Shown here: positions 18,442-31,151 of the stretch, one piece after another
Layout: the number at the start of each line of letters is the position of its first letter
Position numbering within the stretch: position 1 is the stretch's first letter
Source: Nitrospinales bacterium
Lineage (GTDB): Bacteria; Nitrospinota; Nitrospinia; Nitrospinales; VA-1
Direction: 5' to 3'
NCBI GenBank assembly: GCA_965223345.1
Contig: CBDCWG010000012.1
Location: 2,432,001 to 2,496,000, forward strand
Length of the DNA stretch: 64,000 bases
Position numbers and translations under genes: made by a program
The notes under the pieces: generated by a model
Seen by the model: only the letters and a program-made list of their open reading frames with translations
The model's database searches: none
Told to the model about the DNA's origin: nothing

Positions 18442-19223
18442 AGACCCGTTCTGCACAAAACAGCCGCCGCGTCGCGGGGGGATTAAATTTAAAAATCCTC
18501 AGGCTCCTTCTCGTCATCTTAGGGGCATTCTGGTGTGCCGCTGCCAGCGCCGAGCCGCCCAAGCGGGTGACGATCCCCGCCGGTGAGTTTCAAATGGGCG
18601 ATGTGTATTGCGCCGAGGAACAGGGCAACGCCGACTGGTGCAGCGACGAGACGCCGCATGCGGTCAAGCTCGGCGCGTACGCCATCGACGTGTACGAAGT
18701 GACCAACGCGGATTACCGCAAATGCTTTCAGGCGGGCGTCTGCGACCCGGTTCCCCTGCACGAGGAACGGCCCAAGGATTTCAATAAGAGTAAGCAGCCG
18801 GTGGTGTTCGTGACCTGGAAGGATGCGATGGACTATTGCCGCTGGCAGGGCGGCCGGCTGCCCACCGAAGCGGAATGGGAGCGCGCCGCGGGCGGCGACG
18901 ACCTGGGCGGGGCGCATTTCGGCCAGAAATACAACCAGGGCATGCCGCATCCGGTCGGCGGGAGGAACCCGAACTCCAACGGAGTGTATGACATGATGGG
19001 CAATGTGTACGAGTGGACGCTCGACTGGTACGCGCCTCTGGATACCTCCGGCGTTCAGGAAAACCCGGCCGGGCCGGAAACCGGGAAAGAAAAAGTGGTG
19101 CGCGGCGGGTCGTGGACCTCTCCGAACCACTACCTGCGCGTTTCGGACCGGGTGGCCAAAACGCCGGATCTGCGCTACAGCGATGTGGGATTTCGCTGTG
19201 TCATACCGGATCAATCGCAATGA
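18438..19223 (+). CDS. Secreted FGE-sulfatase (SUMF1-like) domain protein
   Basis: Signal peptide; YEVTN, RLPTEAEWERAA, DMMGNVYEW, RGGSW and GFRC motifs; start uncertain. Confidence 0.85.
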   Translation: MKTRSAQNSRRVAGGLNLKILRLLLVILGAFWCAAASAEPPKRVTIPAGEFQMGDVYCAEEQGNADWCSDETPHAVKLGAYAIDVYEVTNADYRKCFQAGVCDPVPLHEERPKDFNKSKQPVVFVTWKDAMDYCRWQGGRLPTEAEWERAAGGDDLGGAHFGQKYNQGMPHPVGGRNPNSNGVYDMMGNVYEWTLDWYAPLDTSGVQENPAGPETGKEKVVRGGSWTSPNHYLRVSDRVAKTPDLRYSDVGFRCVIPDQSQ

Positions 19224-19241
19224 CAGAAAGGTGAAGGAATC

Positions 19242-20192
19242 ATGGCGGAAACGAGAAAGCTAGTCATCATCGGATCGGGGCCTGCAGGCCACACGGCGGC
19301 CATCTATGCGGCGAGGGCCAACCTTTCCCCTTTTATGTTCGAAGGCTATGTCGTGGGCGGTTCCGCCGGCGGCCAGCTGGTGACGACGACCGATGTGGAA
19401 AACTATCCCGGTTTTCCGGAAGGCGTCAGCGGTCCGGAACTGATGCAGCTTTTCCGCAAGCAGGCGGAGCGCTTCGGAACCGAGATGGTGATGGAGGATG
19501 TGAGCGAGGTCGATTTTAGTTCCCGGCCCTTCACCGTCAAATCCGACAACCGCGAGATCAAGGGGCATTCGGTCATCATCGCCACAGGCGCGACCGCGCG
19601 CCGGATGGGCGTTCCCAACGAGGAAGTGCTCTGGAACAACGGCATGTCCGCCTGTGCGGTGTGCGACGGCGCGCTGCCCATGTTCCGCAACCAGCCGCTC
19701 ATGGTGATCGGCGGCGGCGACACGGCGGTGGAGGAAGCGACGTTTCTCACCAAGTTCGGCTCCAAGGTCTACATGGTGCACCGGCGCGATGAGCTGCGCG
19801 CCTCCAAGATCATGCAGCAGCGCGCGTTCGACAACCCCAAGCTGGAGATCCTCTGGGACACGGTGCTGGAAGACGCGGTGGGCACCGAGTACGTCACCGG
19901 CGCGCGCCTGAAAAACGTCAAGAGCAACGAGCAGAAAGAGGTCGAGGTGGCGGGCATTTTCTACGCCATCGGGCACACGCCCAACACCCAGGTGTTCAAG
20001 GACCAGATCGAGCTTGAAGACACCGGCTACATCAAGATCAAGCCCGGCACCCAGGAAACCAGTGTGGAAGGGATCTACGCCGCCGGCGACGTCCACGACC
20101 ACAAATACCGCCAGGCGGTCACCGCCGCGGGCACCGGCTGCGCCGCGGCGCTGGAAAGCGAGCGCTGGCTGACCGAAAAAGGCCTGGCCTGA
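19242..20192 (+). CDS. trxB: Thioredoxin reductase
   Basis: GSGPAG, CAVCDG, GGGDTAVEEA and AAGDV...YRQA motifs. Confidence 0.97.
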   Translation: MAETRKLVIIGSGPAGHTAAIYAARANLSPFMFEGYVVGGSAGGQLVTTTDVENYPGFPEGVSGPELMQLFRKQAERFGTEMVMEDVSEVDFSSRPFTVKSDNREIKGHSVIIATGATARRMGVPNEEVLWNNGMSACAVCDGALPMFRNQPLMVIGGGDTAVEEATFLTKFGSKVYMVHRRDELRASKIMQQRAFDNPKLEILWDTVLEDAVGTEYVTGARLKNVKSNEQKEVEVAGIFYAIGHTPNTQVFKDQIELEDTGYIKIKPGTQETSVEGIYAAGDVHDHKYRQAVTAAGTGCAAALESERWLTEKGLA

Positions 20193-20374
20193 CCTGACCC
20201 TCCCCGTCGTTCACTCTCCCTTGAAAAACCGGCTCCTCTGCCGGGTGGTTTCGCCCGTTGCGGTTTGAAAAACCCGCTCTTCTTCAACGCACGGCTTGAC
20301 AACGGCCGCCGGCGATCCTATTTCCTCGACAGCGAACAAAAAATCAATCCTTTCATGAAAAGGAAGGGAGACCT

Positions 20375-23029
<2,655 letters not shown>

Positions 23030-23090
23030 GCGCCGATAAGAACCAACCCAACATTGAGCGCTGTTATTTCACGGGCTTAACGCGCTCCAC

Positions 23091-23128
23091 AGACGGGAGG
23101 GATGCCCCCTCCCTCCCGTCTTTCCTTC
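23091..23128. terminator. Hairpin between convergent clpB and addA
   Basis: agacgggaggga-tgccccc-tccctcccgtct, a perfect 12-bp stem. Confidence 0.6.
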
Positions 23129-23155
23129 CAAGTGATACCACCCACCTTTATCGAT

Positions 23156-26100
23156 TCAGGTTAATTCAACGAACGCAGTCTGCATGGGGTAATACAGCGC
23201 TTTCTTGATGGGGCGCGTTTCTCCCTGCAGCCGGATCAGTTCTTCGTACTGGTCCAATTGGGCCTGGTGGCGCTCCGGGTTTTCGGGAGACCCGGTCTTG
23301 AAATCGATGATCCAGCGCCGTTCCTCCTCGTCCACGAAGGTGCGGTCGATCTGAACGCTCACGAAACGCCCCTTGAGGAAGCCTGTGAGCGGGTATTCCG
23401 AATGGGCTTCGGTGTGAGGGGCCAGAATCCAGCGGCCTTTTTCATCGCGCAGGACATTGTGCAACGCCTGCGCCGCCTTTTGCACCGTCGGTTCGATCGC
23501 ATCGGGCGCCAGCCCTTCCGCCAGGAAGGCGGTGCGCAGTCTTCCGGCCCGGTTTTTCGCGTCATCTTCGCTCCAGGCCAGTTTACCCTGCGCCATTTTC
23601 TGCAGGCACCGATGCAGCACGTTGCCCAGGCAGCGCGCCTCGCTGCCCCGCCACACGAAACCGCTGTCCTCACCGGCTTTTTCCGAAATCTCGCTGACCT
23701 TGCCCACTTCGATCGCTGCATGCGGCTCGGGAAACGCGGCGGGGTTCGGCAGGCGGTGCAGCCGGTGCACTGCGGGAGCCGCGCGCTCGGTTTCATCGTC
23801 GGCGTCGGCGACCGCTTCTTCGCGCCGCAGCAGGATGGAGATCCAGTCCTCGCCGATGTGCGGCCAGAGCCGGGACAGCAGGGAATGCTTCTGCGGTTTC
23901 CAGGTGTGCGCGTCGGGCTCGCCTTTTCCCTGAACGTGGCCGAACAGGTGCAGCTGTTTTTTGGCCCGGGTGGCGGCGACGTAGAGCAGGCGCAGGGTTT
24001 CGAATTCGTTTTTCTTCTCATCCAGCCGGGCGAGGAAGTCGTAAATCTCGCAGCCGGGGTCTCCCTTCTCCTCCATCGGGGCGAGCAGCAGTTCGTCGCC
24101 GTGCGGAATCCAGAACACCAGCCGCTTGCTTTTGGCGGGCGGCCGGTGATCCAGACCCGGCAGCAGGATGTGGTCGTATTCGAGGCCCTTGGCCTTGTGC
24201 ATGGTCATGATCTGCACCGGATTGTCCTGCGCGGAGACGGGGCTGGCGAACAGGTTCTGCAGCACCTGGCCGAACTGCGCGAGCTGCGCCGGGCCGCCGT
24301 TTTCCAGCGCCTGCGACACTTCGTCGAAAAACACGTCCACGTCCGGCTCGGTGCGCGCATCGATGCAGGCGGGGCCGCCGAGCGCGATCCAGACGCCTTC
24401 CAGCAGGTCGCGGAAATCCGCCGAGGGCAGGGCTTTGAGCGCCGGTTCCAGCGCAGCGCGGAATCGGTCAACGCGCTGTTGCCCATCCGGGCTCAAGCGT
24501 TGCAGGCGCTCCGCATCGTTGAGAAGCCGCCAGACCGTTTCGTTCTTTTTGTTTTCACACAGGCTCAAAAGATCGGCGAGGGTCAGGCCGCACCAGGGCG
24601 CGCGCAGGATCGAAAGCCAGGCCGCGCGGTCGGTGGGGGAGAGCAACGCGCGCAGCAGGGCGAGCAGATCCTGAATCTCGGGGCGGGCGGTCAGAGGATC
24701 GATCTCTTCCGCGTTGAACGCAATCCCCGCTTCGTGGAACCGGCGCACGGCAGCGGTCAGGTGACTGCGCGCCCGCACCAGAATGGCGATGGATTGGGTG
24801 GGGTCGGCCTCGCGGATTTTGTGTATCAGATCCACCATTCGTTGCGCTTCGTCCCGGGCGCGGGCGTCTTTGTCCTGGTTCGGCGTCAACGGGTGCAGGA
24901 CGGCTCCCGGCATGGACTCCTGCGGCAATGCGGCCTGGCACGGCGCGTAGGAGATGGCACCGAGATCGGGATCGTCGCTGTTGGGGAAGATCTCCCCGAA
25001 GCAGGCGTTGACCCAATCGACGACTTTTTCCTGCGAGCGGAAATTGGTCTTCAGCGTCAGGTTTTCCAGTTCGAGAACGCCGAGGTTCTCATCACGGGTC
25101 CTGAGAAACAGCCCGACCTCCGCGTCGCGGAAGCGGTAGATCGACTGCATGGGATCGCCGACGATGAACAGGGTGCGCCCGTCGCCGCGTTCCCAGCCTG
25201 CGGTCAGCAGTTGCAACAGGCCGCGCTGCTTGTAGGAGGTGTCCTGATACTCGTCCACCAGAATGTGCTGGATGCGGGTGTCCAGGTAGAGCAGCAGGTC
25301 GGTGGGGCCGTCCTCCTCACCCAGCGCGTCGAGAGCGGAAAGCGCGATCTCGCTGAAGTCGGTCATGCCTCGTTCGATGAATACCTGACGCAGGGCGCTC
25401 TGAAGCTCAGGCAGCAGGTAGAGGGTGGCTTTGAGCACATTCCACTCCTCATCGGAGAAGCGGGGATCGGGCAGTTTCTGCACCTCCTGCAGCATGTCGA
25501 GAAGCAGGGGGGCGTCGGAAAATGCTTCCAGCAGATCCAGAAAACGTTGTTTCATCTTTCCCGCATCGGAGTTTGCCGGTCCCGCCGGAAAGCCGTTTGT
25601 GACCGTGACCGTTTTGCGAAACTTCCCGTCTTTGGTGAGCAGGAGATTTGCCAGCGCCCGCCAGTGGGCAAGCTGGGAAACGTCCGCCTCAGGCAGTACG
25701 GCGAGGCCGTTCAACACGGACAACGGGTCTTCGGTGTTTGCCACAGCGCGGTTTTCTCCACTGTATGCGGCGAGCTCGGCCAGTTCGCGCGCAGCGTGTT
25801 CGGAAAACAGCGAGCGGGTGTCGGCGAGCACGTTTTCGATGACGCCGGTGAGCACACGCTCCTGCTGGCCGCGATCGACCTGAAACAGAACATTCTGGTC
25901 GAAAAAGTGTGTGATCCACTGGTCGCGTTTTTCCAGCAGCTCGACGATGCGTTTGTGAAAACCGGACTTGGAGTTGTCGAGGTGCCGAAAAAGGGTGCGG
26001 ATGAACTCTCCGGCGGGGGTGTCCTCCTCGATGCGTTGCTGCACGCGCCACGCGGCTTCCCGGTACAGATCGCCGGGTTTTTCCTGGATGGCGAGCGGGC

Positions 26101-26512
26101 CGCCGGTGCGCGAGAGCAGGGGCATCTGCCGGACGAGCGCAGCGCAGAACGAATCGATGGTCTGGATTTTGAGACGCGCCGGATTTTCCAGCAGCGACCA
26201 GCCCTGTGCGGCGTCGTGTTCGAGGACGGCGCGGGCGAGCTGCCAGGTCTTGAGATCGTGCGGGGACTCGGGCGGGGTTTCATCCTGCGCGCGTTCAAGC
26301 GCCTCGAGCAGGCGGGCTTTCATTTCGCCTGCGGCTTTGCGGGTGAACGTCATGGCGAGGATCTGCTCGGGCGAATCCACGAGCGCGAGCAGGCGCAGGT
26401 GCCGCTGGATCAAAAGCCCGGTTTTGCCGGAACCGGCGGGCGCCTGCACGATGAACGAACGCGCTGGATCGAGGGCGGTCTGCCTTTCCGCGGCGTCGGC
26501 GATGGCGCTCAT
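23156..26512 (-). CDS. addA: AddA-type UvrD helicase with C-terminal PD-(D/E)XK nuclease
   Basis: APAGSGKT, TFTRKAA, VDEYQDT, GDPMQSIYRFR, TMHKAKGLE, YVAATRAK and IIDFKTG motifs; ATG at 26512 overlaps the addB stop. Confidence 0.9.
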   Translation of the reverse strand: MSAIADAAERQTALDPARSFIVQAPAGSGKTGLLIQRHLRLLALVDSPEQILAMTFTRKAAGEMKARLLEALERAQDETPPESPHDLKTWQLARAVLEHDAAQGWSLLENPARLKIQTIDSFCAALVRQMPLLSRTGGPLAIQEKPGDLYREAAWRVQQRIEEDTPAGEFIRTLFRHLDNSKSGFHKRIVELLEKRDQWITHFFDQNVLFQVDRGQQERVLTGVIENVLADTRSLFSEHAARELAELAAYSGENRAVANTEDPLSVLNGLAVLPEADVSQLAHWRALANLLLTKDGKFRKTVTVTNGFPAGPANSDAGKMKQRFLDLLEAFSDAPLLLDMLQEVQKLPDPRFSDEEWNVLKATLYLLPELQSALRQVFIERGMTDFSEIALSALDALGEEDGPTDLLLYLDTRIQHILVDEYQDTSYKQRGLLQLLTAGWERGDGRTLFIVGDPMQSIYRFRDAEVGLFLRTRDENLGVLELENLTLKTNFRSQEKVVDWVNACFGEIFPNSDDPDLGAISYAPCQAALPQESMPGAVLHPLTPNQDKDARARDEAQRMVDLIHKIREADPTQSIAILVRARSHLTAAVRRFHEAGIAFNAEEIDPLTARPEIQDLLALLRALLSPTDRAAWLSILRAPWCGLTLADLLSLCENKKNETVWRLLNDAERLQRLSPDGQQRVDRFRAALEPALKALPSADFRDLLEGVWIALGGPACIDARTEPDVDVFFDEVSQALENGGPAQLAQFGQVLQNLFASPVSAQDNPVQIMTMHKAKGLEYDHILLPGLDHRPPAKSKRLVFWIPHGDELLLAPMEEKGDPGCEIYDFLARLDEKKNEFETLRLLYVAATRAKKQLHLFGHVQGKGEPDAHTWKPQKHSLLSRLWPHIGEDWISILLRREEAVADADDETERAAPAVHRLHRLPNPAAFPEPHAAIEVGKVSEISEKAGEDSGFVWRGSEARCLGNVLHRCLQKMAQGKLAWSEDDAKNRAGRLRTAFLAEGLAPDAIEPTVQKAAQALHNVLRDEKGRWILAPHTEAHSEYPLTGFLKGRFVSVQIDRTFVDEEERRWIIDFKTGSPENPERHQAQLDQYEELIRLQGETRPIKKALYYPMQTAFVELT

Positions 26513-29250
26513 GCGTCTTCCTCGTCCGTGAGCAGTGCGGTTTCGCGCACGCGGCACAGGGTTTCCAGGCCGCAGTGCTTGCAGGTGGTTGCTTTCTGAA
26601 ACGGGTCCACTTCGGTGTGCCCCGAGACAAAGCGTTCGGCCGTCTGTGTGAGCACGCTCTGCCAATGCTGCAAGCGTTCCTCCCAGGTTTCGGCGCAGTT
26701 GTAACGATTGGGTTTGATGGCACCCAGTTCCGGAAACGGCGCGTCGGGATGCAGGTCGGATTGAAACTCCGGTTTGCCTTTGCGGACCTTGGCGAATGCG
26801 ATCCCTTCGGGCGGCGGCGTCAGCAATGCGTACAGCGGCAGTTGCGGCTCCTGCGGCCGGTCGCCGAACCAGCCCGCCGGTTTGGCGTCGCCGGTCTTGT
26901 AGTCGATCAGCAGCGTGTGGCCGTTGTGCAGGCGGTCGATGCGGTCGATGCGCAGCTTGAGCCGGATGCCGGCAAGGGTGAAATCGCGCGCCTCTTCCTG
27001 GGCGATCACGGCGAAGTCCTCGCGTTTGCGTTCCTTCTCCAGCCACTCTGAAAGCAGTTGGATGAGCCGCTCGGTTTCAAGATCGCGGAACCGCTCCTGC
27101 CGGTTGAGGCGGAACGATTGTTCGGCCAGAACCTGCTGCGCCGCCTGCCGCAGGGCTGCTTCCAGGCTGTTTTCGGTGAAGAGCTTTTGCAGGCCCGCCC
27201 GGTTTTGCGTTTCACGCCAGAATATCTCCAGCACGTCGTGCACCAGGCTGCCGCGCTCCCGGTGGTCGTAATCGAGTTCGGGAAATTCCTCCGGGTCCGC
27301 ATGCAGGCGGTGGCGGGCGAAGGCGCGAAACGGGCATTGCGCCTGATCGCGGATCACGCTCTGTCCGCCGCCGGGACCGGGGTCGAGGAAGCGTTGTCTT
27401 TCCGCATCGGTGGCCGGCAGGATCGCGGGTTCCTCGAACGTTTCGAGCGACAGTGCAGCGGAAACCTGATCGCGGATGCGGTGCGAGTCGGTCAGCGGCG
27501 CGGGCGGTTCGTCTCCACACAGAGGTTGCAAAAGCGGGCTCATCCGCTGCTGCGCGTCACCCTCCCACGCGGGGTGGCTGAACACGATGCGATCGGACGA
27601 AGCGATCAGCCGGGCCAGGGATTGGTGGGCGAATTCCAGTTCGCGCTCGACGGTGGCGCGCGGCAGATTGTGTTGTCTGCGCCAGCGCGCGGGCAGAAAG
27701 GTGTTGGGATCGGGCGAGGCGGGCAGCGCGTCGGCGTGGCAGCCGGGAACCCAGAGGGCGTCGAAAGCCATGCCGGCGGATTCCAGCAGTCCGACCACCT
27801 GAATCGGCTGTTCGCGGGTCTTCTCCTGAAAGGGGTGGGCTTCGCACAGGCCGCTCAGCATCGCCGCCGCCTGCGGCCGGGAGACCGCGCCGGTGATGGC
27901 GTCGAGCGAAGCGAAGCTGTCCAGTTGCTCTTTCCACGCGTCGTGCACCTGATACTCGCGGCTGGAGAGCCCTTCTCCCGGCCAGCCCAGCGTGTCGAGA
28001 AGCAGCGAAAACGATTGCGCCCACTGACTCGGCGTTTTCTTGCCCACATGGCGGATGCACTCTTTCCACTTTGAAATGAAGGTCTTGACCCTGGAATTTG
28101 CTTTAAGGAATTTCTCCAGCGCGGGGAGGGCGTGCAATTCGTCCAGATAGATAGTGGCAATATTATCTTTCGATAGTTTCAATATGAGGCGGTGGACCGC
28201 ATCCCGCTCGCGTCGGCCGGGATGGAACCAGGGGCTTTTGAGCACGGCTGTGAAGGCGGCGAAGGGCAGGGAGAGGGCGTTGTTTTTCGCGGTGGAAAGG
28301 ACGCTGAGCGCGATGCCGACCATCGATTCGTCCGTGAGCGGCGTTCCCAGCGACAGGTTGAACGGCGATTCCCTCTCGACCCAGGGATAGATCGATTCGG
28401 GAGCCAGCTCGGCTTTCAGCTCGCGCAGCAGGAGCTGCCGGTAGCCGCTGAGGTCGGGCACGACGATGCCCACTCTTTTGCCGGGGCGGTACTGCGCGCG
28501 GACCCAGCGGGCGCACTGCACCGCTTCCTCCCTGCGGTCGGTGCAGGGGCGCACTTCGACCGGTTTGCCGCCAGCCACAGCGGCGAGGCCGGGAGTGTCC
28601 TGCTGCGGGATTTCGGGCTCGAACGCAACGGCGACGCTTTTTCCTTTGAGAAATTCGATCCAGGCCGCAAGCTGCGGCGTCACGGATTCGAAGCCGGCGA
28701 GAATGATCCGCTTGGGCAGGGGCAGGGCGCCCCGCTGCATGGCCTGATGGACCTCGTCGAGGACGTCCGCCGCATCGAGGGCGTTCCATTCCTGCAGACG
28801 GTTCTCGTAGCGGCGCATCCAGCCGTAAAAGGCGCGCGTCTCTTCGGTGGCCTCAAATGCCTGCCGGTTTGCGGGCAGGCGGTGTTCACGGATCAGCGCG
28901 TACGCCTTGGCCGCCTGTTCGGCCGCCGCCCGTAAGTGCAGCAGGCCGAGGTCGCGGGTGCGCAGGTCGTCGGTGACGATCTGTTCCCACAGTTTGCGCG
29001 CTTGCAGTTCGCTTAAGATGTATTTAGCGGGCCAGGATTCGATCCAGACTTTTTTGAGCCAGGCGGAAAGCGGCAGGATTTCCGGCGTCGGCCAGACGAG
29101 TCGGCCGCCGGTGCTTTTCTGTATTTCATTGTGTTGCAGCAACAGCCAGCGGGCGAGGCGGGCGTTGACCGTGAGGATCACGGTTGGTTGTGTGTGTGGT
29201 TCAGATTGTGGGTTGTCGATGGTCGATTCTTTAGGCAAGGGATGGGACAC
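26509..29250 (-). CDS. addB: AddB-type subunit with PD-(D/E)XK nuclease and Fe-S staple cysteines
   Basis: QCPFRAF, RIDRID, IDYKTG, QLPLY and CKHC...C motifs; coupled to addA; start uncertain. Confidence 0.85.
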   Translation of the reverse strand: MSHPLPKESTIDNPQSEPHTQPTVILTVNARLARWLLLQHNEIQKSTGGRLVWPTPEILPLSAWLKKVWIESWPAKYILSELQARKLWEQIVTDDLRTRDLGLLHLRAAAEQAAKAYALIREHRLPANRQAFEATEETRAFYGWMRRYENRLQEWNALDAADVLDEVHQAMQRGALPLPKRIILAGFESVTPQLAAWIEFLKGKSVAVAFEPEIPQQDTPGLAAVAGGKPVEVRPCTDRREEAVQCARWVRAQYRPGKRVGIVVPDLSGYRQLLLRELKAELAPESIYPWVERESPFNLSLGTPLTDESMVGIALSVLSTAKNNALSLPFAAFTAVLKSPWFHPGRRERDAVHRLILKLSKDNIATIYLDELHALPALEKFLKANSRVKTFISKWKECIRHVGKKTPSQWAQSFSLLLDTLGWPGEGLSSREYQVHDAWKEQLDSFASLDAITGAVSRPQAAAMLSGLCEAHPFQEKTREQPIQVVGLLESAGMAFDALWVPGCHADALPASPDPNTFLPARWRRQHNLPRATVERELEFAHQSLARLIASSDRIVFSHPAWEGDAQQRMSPLLQPLCGDEPPAPLTDSHRIRDQVSAALSLETFEEPAILPATDAERQRFLDPGPGGGQSVIRDQAQCPFRAFARHRLHADPEEFPELDYDHRERGSLVHDVLEIFWRETQNRAGLQKLFTENSLEAALRQAAQQVLAEQSFRLNRQERFRDLETERLIQLLSEWLEKERKREDFAVIAQEEARDFTLAGIRLKLRIDRIDRLHNGHTLLIDYKTGDAKPAGWFGDRPQEPQLPLYALLTPPPEGIAFAKVRKGKPEFQSDLHPDAPFPELGAIKPNRYNCAETWEERLQHWQSVLTQTAERFVSGHTEVDPFQKATTCKHCGLETLCRVRETALLTDEEDA

Positions 29251-29278
29251 CGCGGATGACTGCGGATGATTTTTCGTT

Positions 29279-29359
29279 TCACCCTTCGACTGAGCTTGTC
29301 CTGAGCTTGCCGAAGGACTCAGGGTGACAAGAGTGTCGTGCTGAGCCGGTCGAAGCGCG
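29279..29359. repeat. REP-like palindromic repeats (ctgagcttgtcgaagg family), one copy nested in another plus a third copy
   Basis: tcacccttcgactgag[cttgtcctgagcttgccgaagga]ctcagggtga followed by tgtcgtgctgagccggtcgaagcgcg; related copies at 58360 and 59711. Confidence 0.8.
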
Positions 29360-29394
29360 GTTCACGCTGCATCCTTGCAGCCACCGGCGTGCTG

Positions 29395-29832
29395 TCAGGG
29401 TGTCGCCTGCACCCACACCTCGCCTTTGGAGGTGGTCTCGCGTTTCCAGATGGGGGTGGTGCGTTTGAGTTCCGCGATGGCCCATTCGCAGGCCTTGAAG
29501 GTTTCGGCCCGGTGCTCGCCGGCGGCGACGATGAGCACGATGTTCTCACCGATGTCGATCTCGCCGATGCGGTGGATGATGCTCATGTCGATGATCTTGA
29601 AATCGCGGATGGCTTTTTCGCGCAGCTCTTCGAGTTTCTTTTCGGCCATCTTGGGATAGTGCTCGAAGTTGAGCTTGCTGATGTTCTCGCCTTTGTTGAG
29701 TTCGCGGCCGGTGCCGAGAAAGGTGGTGATGCCGCCGATGTTGCGGGAGCTTTTCTTGATGGCCTCGATTTCGTCGGTGACGACGAAATCCTCCCGCTGG
29801 ATGCGGACTTTGGATTCCATGACGGTGCTCAT
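29395..29832 (-). CDS. moaE: Molybdopterin synthase catalytic subunit
   Basis: GGITTFLG, EHYPKMA, HRIG, HRAETF and LKRTTPIWKRE motifs. Confidence 0.93.
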   Translation of the reverse strand: MSTVMESKVRIQREDFVVTDEIEAIKKSSRNIGGITTFLGTGRELNKGENISKLNFEHYPKMAEKKLEELREKAIRDFKIIDMSIIHRIGEIDIGENIVLIVAAGEHRAETFKACEWAIAELKRTTPIWKRETTSKGEVWVQATP

Positions 29833-29850
29833 GTTCTGTTCCCTTCTATC

Positions 29851-30102
29851 TCAAGAGCCGCCGGAAAAGGGCGGCAGGAATGCGACTTCATCGCCGTCGT
29901 GGATGACGGTGTCCAGTGCGGCCACATCCTGATTGACGGATACCATTATCTTTTTCCCCTGGATCATCTCGCCGATCTGGGGATTGTCTTTCGACAGGAC
30001 TTCGCTCAGCTTCTGCACGGTGGTCTGCCCGCCGAGGTCGAGGTGTTCCTCTTCCTTGCCGGCGATGCTTCTCAGGCTGGCGAAATATTTCAGGGTGATC
30101 AT
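29851..30102 (-). CDS. moaD: Molybdopterin synthase sulfur carrier; ends GG-S
   Basis: LKYFASLR...SVNQ...DGDEVAFLPPFSGGS. Confidence 0.92.
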   Translation of the reverse strand: MITLKYFASLRSIAGKEEEHLDLGGQTTVQKLSEVLSKDNPQIGEMIQGKKIMVSVNQDVAALDTVIHDGDEVAFLPPFSGGS

Positions 30103-30105
30103 GAC

Positions 30106-30609
30106 TCAGTCCGGGTTGCGGGTGAACGTTCCGGATTTGCCGCCGGATTTGTGCACCAGTCTGATATTGTTGAACACCATTCCCTTGTCCACCGCCTTGC
30201 ACATGTCGTAGAGGGTGAGGGCGGCGTGCGACACGGCGGTGAGCGCTTCCATCTCGACGCCCGTCTTGCCGTTGAGCTTGACCGTCGCGGTGATGGTGAT
30301 GGAACAGAGCCCGGTTTCCTTATCGGGGTCCATGTTGTCGGCAAAGCTGATGTCCACGTGGGTCAGGGCCAAGGGGTGGCACATCGGGATCAGGTCGGCC
30401 GTTTTCTTGGCCCCCATGATGCCCGCCACCTGCGCCACGGCGAGCACGTCGCCTTTTTTGATCTGCCCCTCCTTGATGAGCCAGAGGGTCTCGGGCTGCA
30501 TGTGCACGGTGCCCTCGGCGACGGCGGTGCGTTCGGTGACGTCCTTGCCGCCGACGTCCACCATGCGGGCGCGGCCTTCCTCGTTGAAATGGGTCAGCGG
30601 ATTGCTCAT
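30106..30609 (-). CDS. moaC: Cyclic pyranopterin monophosphate synthase
   Basis: LTHF...[35 protein letters not shown] and KSGGKSG motifs. Confidence 0.96.
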   Translation of the reverse strand: MSNPLTHFNEEGRARMVDVGGKDVTERTAVAEGTVHMQPETLWLIKEGQIKKGDVLAVAQVAGIMGAKKTADLIPMCHPLALTHVDISFADNMDPDKETGLCSITITATVKLNGKTGVEMEALTAVSHAALTLYDMCKAVDKGMVFNNIRLVHKSGGKSGTFTRNPD

Positions 30610-30716
30610 GGCACTATAATACATCAGTTTCGGGGTTGTGCGTCAAGCCTTCCGCCCTGTGGGGCGGGAAAGCGGCGCGAGGGGGCGTTTTTTCCGCTTT
30701 TTGCACGCCGGAACGC

Positions 30717-31079
30717 TCAATTTCGACGCTCGGGCGGCTCGTACAGACCCACATGATTGCCGTCGGGATCGCGGAAACCGGACAGCTTGCCGAAGGGGTG
30801 CGCCTCGATGGGGTCGAAATCCTTGACTCCCTTTTGTTTCAATGTTTCAATCACTTGCTCGATGGGCCGGGCCAGCAGCGACAGAAACGGCGGCTCGCCC
30901 GATGCGGTTGGCTGCCGGGCCTCCACCTTGTGCAGGGCGAAGCGCTGGCCGCCGAGGTCGAACTCGGACCAGTCCTCGCGCACAAACAGCGGCGTGCAGT
31001 CCAGCACGTTCTGGTAGAATTCCACGGCCCGGGCCATATTCGTCACCGGATAGGAGATGTAGGCGATTTTTGCGCTCAT
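30717..31079 (-). CDS. VOC/glyoxalase family protein
   Basis: VTNMARAVEFYQNVL and FRDPDGNHVGL motifs; ATG at 31079. Confidence 0.85.
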   Translation of the reverse strand: MSAKIAYISYPVTNMARAVEFYQNVLDCTPLFVREDWSEFDLGGQRFALHKVEARQPTASGEPPFLSLLARPIEQVIETLKQKGVKDFDPIEAHPFGKLSGFRDPDGNHVGLYEPPERRN

Positions 31080-31151
31080 GCTTGCATTCTGCGATTTCGG
31101 AAAGGAGATGGCCCGCAAACCGGGCAGGCCGAGTGTAGCATAGTAAATACA

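Noticed and set aside
18438..19223. A true formylglycine-generating enzyme
   Set aside because: It has RGGSWTS instead of the Cys-containing catalytic motif, and no sulfatase lies nearby.
26513..27046. N-terminal 178 aa of the tracked 1296-aa AddA ORF, suggesting a fusion
   Set aside because: It overlaps the addB 3' end in another frame. The ATG at 26512 in an ATGA overlap is the plausible start.
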